A stretch of 32,000 nucleotides of DNA from Dysgonomonas gadei ATCC BAA-286 (GTDB taxonomy: Bacteria; Bacteroidota; Bacteroidia; Bacteroidales; Dysgonomonadaceae): positions 23,257-55,256 of the forward strand of contig NZ_GL891983.1 of NCBI RefSeq assembly GCF_000213555.1. Reading direction: 5' to 3'. Below, in pieces: positions 25,403-32,000 of this stretch. The translations under genes and the position numbers were made by a program. The number at the start of each line of letters is the position of its first letter. The stretch's first letter is position 1. The notes beneath the pieces are model-generated. The model made no database searches. It saw nothing but the letters and a program-made list of their open reading frames with translations, and was not told where the DNA came from.

Positions 25403-26116
25403 TCAGCCAATTGTTATTTTCTTGGTTTCTTTATTGTAAACGGGAATCAAATTCACAGTATCTTCTGTTAAACAGTATTCGACCGAATCTTGCAGATTAT
25501 GAGCTTCCAACCGCTTAATATGCTCTGTACGGTCAATATAACTGCGAACATCGGGTACCGCCTCCTTCCACATCGACAAAGCTACCTGAGTTGCATCCGA
25601 GGCAGAAATATATCCTCTATCAATCAGTTTGCGAGCCAAAGCGCCGCCAAAAAGAGAATCCTCCATATTGAAACGGTTATTCCATCCGGCACAAAGCACT
25701 ATTACATCCTTCTGTTTATCTGTGCAAAAGTCAGCCAAAGCGCTAATATTGGAAAAAGCGCCAACAGTCAGTATATCCGAATCTTTCGCCATATCGATAG
25801 CCTGTGTTCCGTTTGTGGTAGTAAAAACAATATCCTTACCGCTAACTCTATCGGCTGTATAATCAAATGGAGAGTTCCCAAAATCTGCGAAATCGCAACG
25901 CTTCACATTACGCTCTGCACCGACAAGATATCCCTTTGCCTTATAGTCCTGCGCTTCTTCAATCGAAGCTACAGATATTATAGACCTCGCTCCGTTCTTC
26001 AAGGCTGCACACATCGTAGTGGTTGCCCTGAAAATATCTACTACAACTGTAATATGGTTATTGCCACTAGCATAATATGGATAAAGAGCCGGGGAAAAAC
26101 ACACTTCTACTTTCAT
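25403..26116 (-). CDS. 2-phosphosulfolactate phosphatase (ComB) family protein
   Basis: 237-aa ORF with the N-terminal VVVDIFRATTT motif and a later TTTNGT motif characteristic of the ComB family. Its ATG (26116) overlaps the kdsA stop (26113-26115) as ATGA. Confidence 0.8.
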   Translation of the reverse strand: MKVEVCFSPALYPYYASGNNHITVVVDIFRATTTMCAALKNGARSIISVASIEEAQDYKAKGYLVGAERNVKRCDFADFGNSPFDYTADRVSGKDIVFTTTNGTQAIDMAKDSDILTVGAFSNISALADFCTDKQKDVIVLCAGWNNRFNMEDSLFGGALARKLIDRGYISASDATQVALSMWKEAVPDVRSYIDRTEHIKRLEAHNLQDSVEYCLTEDTVNLIPVYNKETKKITIG

Positions 26117-26913
26117 TCTTTTAATGCTGATTTAATCCGTGTAAGTTTTATCAATAAGCCTTCCAACTGGTCGAGTGGCAACATATTTGCGCCATCAGAC
26201 AGGGCATTAGCCGGATCGAAATGTGTTTCTAAGAACAATCCGTCGACACCAGTTGCAATACCGGCTTTACACATTGTTTCTATCAATTGTGGCTGCCCTC
26301 CTGTAACTCCCGAGGCCTGATTTGGTTTTTGAAGGCTATGGGTAGCATCCAGAACGACAGGAAAGCCAAATTCTTTCATTTCGGGTATTCCGCGAAAATC
26401 AACTACCAAATCTGAGTATCCGAAAGATGTTCCTCTATCTGTTATAATTACATTATTGTTTCCCGAATCCACAACTTTCTGTGCAGCAAATTTCATCCCT
26501 CCCGGTGCAAGAAACTGGCCTTTTTTGATATTCACTATTTTCCCTGTCTTAGCTGCAGCGATAAGCAGGTCGGTTTGGCGGCAAAGAAATGCAGGAATCT
26601 GCAATACATCAACATACTCGGCAGCCATTGCGGCTTCATGCGTCTCATGGATATCCGTAACTGTAGGCACGCCAAAAGTTTCGTTTACCTTACGCAATAT
26701 TTTCAAAGCCTTCTCGTCACCAATACCCGTAAAAGAATCGACTCGCGAGCGATTCGCTTTTTTATACGATCCCTTAAAAACATAGGGTATATCAAGTTTT
26801 GATGTGATTCCTATTATTTTTTCGGCAATGCGTAATGCCATTTCTTCCCCCTCAATAACACATGGTCCGGCTAGCAGGAAGAAATTATCATTTTTCAGAT
26901 TTGTAATATTCAT
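26113..26913 (-). CDS. kdsA: 3-deoxy-8-phosphooctulonate (KDO-8-P) synthase
   Basis: The KDO8PS motifs are present: LLAGPCVIE, FKGSYKKANRS, DIHE, QIPAFLCRQTDL, KKGQF, DATHS.Q.P. The ORF track begins at a TTG (26952). The ATG at 26913 (MNITNL..) gives a typical 266-aa protein. Confidence 0.92.
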   Translation of the reverse strand: MNITNLKNDNFFLLAGPCVIEGEEMALRIAEKIIGITSKLDIPYVFKGSYKKANRSRVDSFTGIGDEKALKILRKVNETFGVPTVTDIHETHEAAMAAEYVDVLQIPAFLCRQTDLLIAAAKTGKIVNIKKGQFLAPGGMKFAAQKVVDSGNNNVIITDRGTSFGYSDLVVDFRGIPEMKEFGFPVVLDATHSLQKPNQASGVTGGQPQLIETMCKAGIATGVDGLFLETHFDPANALSDGANMLPLDQLEGLLIKLTRIKSALKE

Positions 26914-27170
26914 TTTATTCGTTTGATTAGAATGTATTAAAAACTTTATCAAAGGTACAAATATTATACCTTTTACAGAAACGCCTTTACCATTTTTAGA
27001 CTAATTAATTAATTACAAACTGATTACAATCAGAAACAGATAAATATGCTTTGATTCTAACAAAAAATTAATAGCAAACCAGACCCGCCCTTCGGAGTAA
27101 AAAAACAAACCCTTTTTATAATTTGTCCATTAAAAATAAATTCTCTTAATTTACAAAAAAATCTAGCCTC

Positions 27171-28016
27171 ATGAACACTCAATCGGATACGATTATTTAC
27201 AATTACATGGATACCTTCTTCTGTTGCCACGTAGAAAAGGACAAACTCTGCGAAGAAATGATTACTGACCACATGCTGGTATACATCTGCTCCGGTGAAA
27301 TGGTTTTGCAGACAAAAGAAAAACGTACCATCTTCAGGAAAGGGGATTCCGTATTTATGAAACGCAATCATCTCGCAAAAAAGACAAAACGGCCGACCAA
27401 AAGCGGAGAGCCATTCAAAGGACTTTTTTTACAGCTTAGAACACCTCTCCTAAAGAGCTTGATGGCTGAGGCCAAATTTCCAATATCTACCAATTTTTAT
27501 GCGGGAAGTAAAGACAGAAGTTATACAATGCTTACCAGGCATCCATTCCTAACCGGCCTGTTTATGTCGTTGGAACAATACTTTGATTCGCAGAAATATC
27601 CGTCCAATGAGTTGATGACAACCAAATTGAAAGAAGCTGCCCTCGTCCTTTTAGAGGTGGATCCTTCGCTAGCCAGTGTCTTATTCGATTTCGCAGAACC
27701 ATGGAAAACGGATCTCGCCGAGTTCATGAACAAAAATTACAAATATGATCTGTCGCTTCAGGAGTTTGCTCATTATACCGGCCGAAGCCTCACTTCTTTC
27801 AAGCGTGATTTTGCATCTATCTTTAATGAACCTCCGGGCAGATGGCTTGTAAAAAAAAGATTGCATGACGCATATAATCAGATTGTAAACAAAAACCAAA
27901 AGCCGTCTGAAGTATATCAGGAAGTAGGATTTAAGAATCTGTCGCACTTCTCTACTGCATTCAAAAAAGAATTCGGATATCCACCCTCTAATAAAATGGA
28001 CTTTCAAGAAAAGTAA
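27171..28016 (+). CDS. AraC family transcriptional regulator
   Basis: 281-aa ORF with an N-terminal cupin-like sensor region. The C-terminal dual HTH has the AraC signature (LSLQEFAHYTGRSLTSFKRDF........P..W....RL..A...........EVY.EVGF.N.SHFS.AFKKEFG.PPS). Confidence 0.85.
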   Translation: MNTQSDTIIYNYMDTFFCCHVEKDKLCEEMITDHMLVYICSGEMVLQTKEKRTIFRKGDSVFMKRNHLAKKTKRPTKSGEPFKGLFLQLRTPLLKSLMAEAKFPISTNFYAGSKDRSYTMLTRHPFLTGLFMSLEQYFDSQKYPSNELMTTKLKEAALVLLEVDPSLASVLFDFAEPWKTDLAEFMNKNYKYDLSLQEFAHYTGRSLTSFKRDFASIFNEPPGRWLVKKRLHDAYNQIVNKNQKPSEVYQEVGFKNLSHFSTAFKKEFGYPPSNKMDFQEK

Positions 28017-28056
28017 ATTTGAACCTATAAGCAAAGTAAGCCATTCTCTTTCTCCT

Positions 28057-28064
28057 TATATTTG
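28057..28064 (+). promoter_or_regulatory. Candidate -7 promoter box heading a long leader
   Basis: TATATTTG matches TAnnTTTG exactly. I found no other exact match between here and the ATG at 28317. That implies a 5-prime leader of roughly 245 nt. Confidence 0.35.
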
Positions 28065-28316
28065 TGCCTGATTGCCATAGCACTATCTTAAGGATATAAA
28101 AAAAACAACACGTTTTTTGCTTAGTTCAAAGATAATATATAGTATTGTATTGGTTTTGAAGATTATGGGTACAGAGTAAAAAACAAATACCAGAATTACA
28201 TTTTTTATCAACAGCAACCTGAAAAACAGAAAGGATGAGAAGAATATATTTCTTCCGTTTTAACAAAAGCATTTTCAATAAATAATAATAAACACCGCAC
28301 TTAATTCACTTTGATT

Positions 28317-28829
28317 ATGGAAACAACAACAGTAAAACTTTATTCTCTCAACTACAAAGAGGTTAAAACATATATGTTTGCCTTACTGTTTATTGCCGGC
28401 AATATAGTTCTTCCTCAAATCTGCCATTTAGTTCCCGGTGGAGGGCTTACATGGCTGCCTATCTATTTCTTCACACTGATTGCCGCATATAAATATGGCT
28501 TTCGCGTAGGGCTACTGACAGCCATACTATCTCCTTTGGCTAACAATATCTTATTTGGTATGCCTCCGGCAGATGTATTGCCTATAATCCTTATCAAATC
28601 AACTTTATTAGCCGGTGCAGCAGCTTATGCCGCACACCGTTTCGAAAAAGTATCTCTTCCTGTTCTGGTTGGTGTAGTACTGGCTTATCAGATAGTAGGA
28701 ATACCTGTAGAATGGGCTATAGTTAAAGATCTGTTTGTAGCAGTTCAGGACTTCCGCATTGGTATACCGGGTATGCTGATCCAGATATTCGGAGGGTTTG
28801 CTGTATTAAAAGCTATAGCTAAACTCTAA
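28317..28829 (+). CDS. Small polytopic membrane protein, ECF-transporter S-component-like
   Basis: About 170 aa with 5-6 predicted TM segments. The pattern LPQ..H..P.....LPIYFFTLIAAYKYG.RVGLLTA.LSP is reminiscent of vitamin-type S components, but the assignment is tentative. The ORF track starts at TTG 28311; I prefer ATG 28317. Confidence 0.45.
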   Translation: METTTVKLYSLNYKEVKTYMFALLFIAGNIVLPQICHLVPGGGLTWLPIYFFTLIAAYKYGFRVGLLTAILSPLANNILFGMPPADVLPIILIKSTLLAGAAAYAAHRFEKVSLPVLVGVVLAYQIVGIPVEWAIVKDLFVAVQDFRIGIPGMLIQIFGGFAVLKAIAKL

Positions 28830-28953
28830 AAAATAACTTAAAGATTTCAGGTTTCAAAATTTCAAAATAGGTTTATTCTCAATATATCTATACCCTAATC
28901 TTGAAACCTGAATTGAAAATCGGCGTAAGCCAAATTTTGAAATCATAGTTATC

Positions 28954-29352
28954 ATGTATGACAAAACATTCGAAGAAGTATTGGAGCGATTCCGCTCAAT
29001 ATCTTTTTCCGAACAGTTCGATATGATTGTAGCCATCGCTAACGGAGGTATAATTCCTGCGGCGATTCTAAATCAGCGTTTAGGCATTGAAATACAGCTT
29101 TTGAAAATCAATCTCAGAGATAGCAACCAAAGGCCAATCTACGATAGTCCGCAGCTAATGGCTCCCATCGATTTTGAATTTAAAGGTAAAACGATCCTGC
29201 TTGTAGAAGACAGGGTTAAAACAGGCGCATCTCTTACGAAAGCCTGCGAATTGCTGAAAGACGCTAAAGTTATAAAAACGTTTGCAGTAAATGGAAAAGC
29301 AAATTACAGCCTCTACGATGAGACCTGCTTTAAATTTCCATGGTTATTATAA
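28954..29352 (+). CDS. Small type-I phosphoribosyltransferase
   Basis: 132-aa ORF with the PRPP-binding loop ILLVEDRVKTGASL and an upstream IANGGI.PA motif, as in Gpt/Hpt-like mini-PRTases. Confidence 0.75.
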   Translation: MYDKTFEEVLERFRSISFSEQFDMIVAIANGGIIPAAILNQRLGIEIQLLKINLRDSNQRPIYDSPQLMAPIDFEFKGKTILLVEDRVKTGASLTKACELLKDAKVIKTFAVNGKANYSLYDETCFKFPWLL

Positions 29353-29393
29353 TAAAGGTAAAAGGTAAAATAAATAAAGAAAAAAAGTTGGTT

Positions 29394-30332
29394 ATGGATA
29401 GACGTAATTTTTTAAGGGCAATTGCACTTACAGGAGCTGCGGCAACAATTAAGGCAAGTGGCAACATAGATATACTGTCTGAAAAATTTATTAGTTCCGA
29501 ATCTGCAGCCGCAGTGGATATGGTTGCCGTCATGGGCGGTGAGCCCGAGGTTATGTTCAGGCGCGCCATGACTGAAATGGGCGGCATGGGTAAATTCATA
29601 AAAAAAGGGTGGAAAGTAGTAGTAAAACCGAATATCGGATGGGATAAGACCCCTGAACAATCGGGCAATACCAACCCGAAGCTGGTAGCTGAAGTCATCC
29701 GCCAATGCTTGTCTGCAGGGGCTAAAGAAGTTGTTGTATTCGACCACACCTGCGATGATTGGATCAAATGTTACAAAAACAGTGGTATTGAAGCCGCAGC
29801 CAAAGCAGCCGGAGCTAAAGTACTTCCTGCACACGAAGAATCATACTATCGTGAGGTTGCCCTCCCTCTGGGGAAAAAACTGAAAAGTGCAAAAATACAT
29901 CAAGCTGTCATAGATTGTGATGCCTGGATAAACCTTCCTGTACTGAAACATCATGGGGGTGCCAACCTTACAATTTCCATGAAAAATTATATGGGTATCG
30001 TCTGGGACAGGCGTATTTTTCACAGTACTGATTTGCAACAATGTATAGCCGATGTATGTACATATTCGAAAAAACCGGTTCTCAATATTGTAGACGCGTA
30101 CAGGATCGTGAAAACAAACGGTCCGCAAGGCCGTTCGACTGCCGATGTGGCAAATCCGAAAGGTCTTTTTATTTCTCAGGATATAGTGGCGGTAGATACG
30201 GCTGCAGCCAAATTCTTCGGTCAGGTACGGACAATGCCTCTCGACCATGTAGGCCATATAGCAGGAGGTCAAGCCCATAAGCTTGGTACAATGGACATAG
30301 ATAATCTGAACATCAAGAGAATAAAAATTTAA
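29394..30332 (+). CDS. Tat-exported DUF362 domain protein
   Basis: The preferred ATG at 29394 gives MDRRNFLRAIALTGAAATIKA, a twin-arginine signal. The body (VVKPNIGW......NTNP.LV..V.........V.VFDH; NLPVLKHH...LT.SMKN.MG) fits DUF362. The ORF-track start at 29340 would add 18 unlikely residues. Confidence 0.75.
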   Translation: MDRRNFLRAIALTGAAATIKASGNIDILSEKFISSESAAAVDMVAVMGGEPEVMFRRAMTEMGGMGKFIKKGWKVVVKPNIGWDKTPEQSGNTNPKLVAEVIRQCLSAGAKEVVVFDHTCDDWIKCYKNSGIEAAAKAAGAKVLPAHEESYYREVALPLGKKLKSAKIHQAVIDCDAWINLPVLKHHGGANLTISMKNYMGIVWDRRIFHSTDLQQCIADVCTYSKKPVLNIVDAYRIVKTNGPQGRSTADVANPKGLFISQDIVAVDTAAAKFFGQVRTMPLDHVGHIAGGQAHKLGTMDIDNLNIKRIKI

Positions 30333-30356
30333 TTTCACAAAGATCAACTATCAACT

Positions 30357-31892
30357 ATGCTAAAAAAACTTCGGGTGGGTGTATCTCTTATTTTATTCGC
30401 CCTGATAACATTCTATTTTCTTGATTTTGCAGCACTGATGCCTGACCAGTTTCATGCACTGGCGCATATACAGTTCATTCCTGCAATATTGGGTAGCAGC
30501 TTTATTATATTAACAGTACTTATTGTATTGACTCTGCTATTCGGACGCGTATACTGTTCCTCTGTTTGTCCGATGGGTATCTATCAGGACATTGTGGCAT
30601 GGATTTCTAAAAAAACTGCCAAAAAGAAAAAGAGATACAAATACAGCAAGGCCAAGAATATACTCAGATGGTCGGTAATCGCAGTTGTCCTGATGACTTT
30701 CTTTGCAGGTTACCCTGTTTTATTAGGATTAGTAGACCCCTATAGTGCATACGGACGCATTATTGCCAACCTGTTCAAACCGGTTTATATGGCCGGAAAT
30801 AACGTTTTGGAATCTATTTTTACCAGTTTCGGCAATTATACATTCTATAAAATGGAAGTAGTGATACTCAGTATGTTTTCTTTCCTCATTGCTATTATCA
30901 CATTCCTTGGCATAGGCTTCTTTGCTTGGAAATACGGACGAACATTTTGTAATACGGTGTGTCCTGTAGGAACTGTGCTGGGTTTCATCAGCAAGTTTTC
31001 GCTATTCAAAATCCGGATAGACGACAGTCTGTGTAACAGCTGCGGTTCGTGCGCTATGAAGTGTAAGGCTTCGTGCATCGACAGCAAAAACCATACAGTA
31101 GACCACAGCCGCTGTGTAGATTGCTTCAATTGCCTCGACAGCTGTTCACGTAATGCATTGAAGTTTACACCTTACAGGAAGAAAGCCACTAATATCAATA
31201 TAGAAAATACGACTGACTCAGGAAAAAGGCAATTTCTGGCTACGGCAATAACAACAGCCGTATCTGTACCTGCGGTATTTGCACAGGAAAAGATAGTAGA
31301 AATTGTAACAGGCGAAAAAGTCCCTACACGTCAAAATCCGATATGCCCGCCGGGAGCAAAAAGTGCTGAGCATTTACTGCATCATTGCACATCGTGCCAC
31401 CTTTGCATAAGCCGTTGCCCGTCAAGGGTTATAAAACCAGCTTTCATGGAATATGGCATCGGAGGCATTATGCAACCTGTAATGACTTACGAAAAGGGAT
31501 TCTGTAACTATAACTGCACAGTATGCGCCGATGTGTGTCCCAACCAGGCACTGCTGCCTCTGACGATGGAAGAAAAACATATGACACAAATAGGCCGGGT
31601 ACATTTTGTTGAAGATATTTGTGTGGTGCATGTAGAGGAAACCAATTGCGGGGCTTGTGCCGAGCATTGTCCTACGCAAGCTGTAACGATGGTTCCCTAC
31701 GAGGGTCACGAAGGACTTACTATACCACATATCACCCCTGACATTTGTGTAGGGTGTGGCGGATGTGAATTTATCTGTCCCGTACGACCTAACCGTGCAA
31801 TTTTTGTAGAAGGTAATGTAGTTCATCAGACCCGGAAAGCGTTTGAGATTGAAGAAAAAGAAGAAGTTGAGGTTGATGATTTCGGATTCTAA
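30357..31892 (+). CDS. Membrane-bound polyferredoxin (NapH/MauN-like N-terminal half plus multiple 4Fe-4S domains)
   Basis: 511-aa ORF with several TM segments and two CX3CP motifs (CSSVCPMG, CNTVCPVG), as in NapH/NosR-type proteins. About six ferredoxin-type Cys clusters follow: CNSCGSCAMKC, CVDCFNCLDSC, CTSCHLCISRCP, CNYNCTVCADVCP, CGACAEHCP, CVGCGGCEFICP. Confidence 0.85.
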   Translation: MLKKLRVGVSLILFALITFYFLDFAALMPDQFHALAHIQFIPAILGSSFIILTVLIVLTLLFGRVYCSSVCPMGIYQDIVAWISKKTAKKKKRYKYSKAKNILRWSVIAVVLMTFFAGYPVLLGLVDPYSAYGRIIANLFKPVYMAGNNVLESIFTSFGNYTFYKMEVVILSMFSFLIAIITFLGIGFFAWKYGRTFCNTVCPVGTVLGFISKFSLFKIRIDDSLCNSCGSCAMKCKASCIDSKNHTVDHSRCVDCFNCLDSCSRNALKFTPYRKKATNINIENTTDSGKRQFLATAITTAVSVPAVFAQEKIVEIVTGEKVPTRQNPICPPGAKSAEHLLHHCTSCHLCISRCPSRVIKPAFMEYGIGGIMQPVMTYEKGFCNYNCTVCADVCPNQALLPLTMEEKHMTQIGRVHFVEDICVVHVEETNCGACAEHCPTQAVTMVPYEGHEGLTIPHITPDICVGCGGCEFICPVRPNRAIFVEGNVVHQTRKAFEIEEKEEVEVDDFGF

Positions 31893-31936
31893 TTTCCCCG
31901 TTCATCATTATCCCTGAAAATTCATAATACGAGGGA

Positions 31937-31966
31937 GAACCGGCCAAGTTGGCCGGTTTTATTTTT
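31937..31966 (+). terminator. Intrinsic terminator of the DUF362/polyferredoxin cluster
   Basis: GC-rich palindrome aaccggccaagttggccggtt gives an 8-bp stem (31937-31944 and 31950-31957) with a 5-nt loop, followed by ttttatttttt. It lies 45 nt after the stop at 31892. Confidence 0.85.
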
Positions 31967-32000
31967 TCACAGTATGTTTAAAGGTTAATAACAACCGTGA

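Noticed and set aside
25490-26320. 276-aa ORF on the plus strand
   Set aside because: It is entirely antisense to the well-supported ComB-like and kdsA genes. The translated sequence is rich in Cys, Ser, Ile and Arg and has no recognisable motif. This is a typical shadow ORF.
26914-26952. N-terminal extensions implied by ORF-track starts: kdsA at 26952, the DUF362 gene at 29340, argR at 23394, the MutS-like gene at 19027 and the membrane protein at 28311
   Set aside because: Three of these starts (26952, 19027, 28311) are TTG codons. The other two (23394, 29340) are upstream ATGs. All five add residues that do not fit the family N-termini, such as the Tat motif or typical protein length. In-frame ATG codions slightly downstream give canonical proteins, so the shorter coordinates are used.
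27020-27033. 14-bp perfect palindrome ctgattacaatcag in the kdsA / AraC divergent region
   Set aside because: It is a single short palindrome with no second copy in the window. It is plausible as an operator but cannot be supported from sequence alone.
28171-28181. 11-nt identity (acagagtaaaa) between the long leader and the cassette left inverted repeat (20594-20604)
   Set aside because: The similarity does not extend beyond 11 nt on either side. In an AT-rich 32-kb window it may be coincidence. I do not treat it as a third copy of the element.
28065-28316. Attempt to assign the leader to a known riboswitch class (TPP, purine, preQ1, cobalamin, ZTP)
   Set aside because: I saw none of the conserved core motifs of these classes. 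I report it only as an unassigned long leader.

Overview
Chromosomal segment of a low-GC Bacteroidota genome, probably Bacteroidales. This is inferred from four things: DUF5686, GxxExxY and fused DAHP-synthase/chorismate-mutase proteins; the argR-GNAT-argG-argC-argD gene order; TAnnTTTG-type -7 promoter boxes; and no obvious Shine-Dalgarno sites. I support 33 protein-coding genes, including one 27-codon leader peptide. I found no tRNA, rRNA, CRISPR array, integrase or transposase. Most of the content is housekeeping: lipid kinase, EttA, acyl-CoA ligase, a phenylalanine operon, an arginine operon, birA, kdsA and a GH25 muramidase. Items worth a second look: (1) a Phe/Tyr-rich leader peptide with mutually exclusive antiterminator and terminator helices upstream of pheA. 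(2) Two apparent insertions inside the arginine operon. One is a GxxExxY (PD-(D/E)XK-like) gene bounded by about 40-bp inverted repeats. The other is a tightly coupled pair made of an AT-rich internally duplicated small protein and a truncated MutS-like ATPase. (3) A 521-bp repeat-laden intergenic region with a long imperfect hairpin whose arms resemble the cassette ends in swapped order. (4) An uncharacterised cluster (S-component-like membrane protein, mini phosphoribosyltransferase, Tat-exported DUF362, NapH-like polyferredoxin) behind a roughly 250-nt leader. (5) A CD225/dispanin plus DUF2752 pair. (6) A secreted ceramidase-like protein next to an unassigned lipoprotein. All family calls rest on motif recognition by eye. 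No searches were run.
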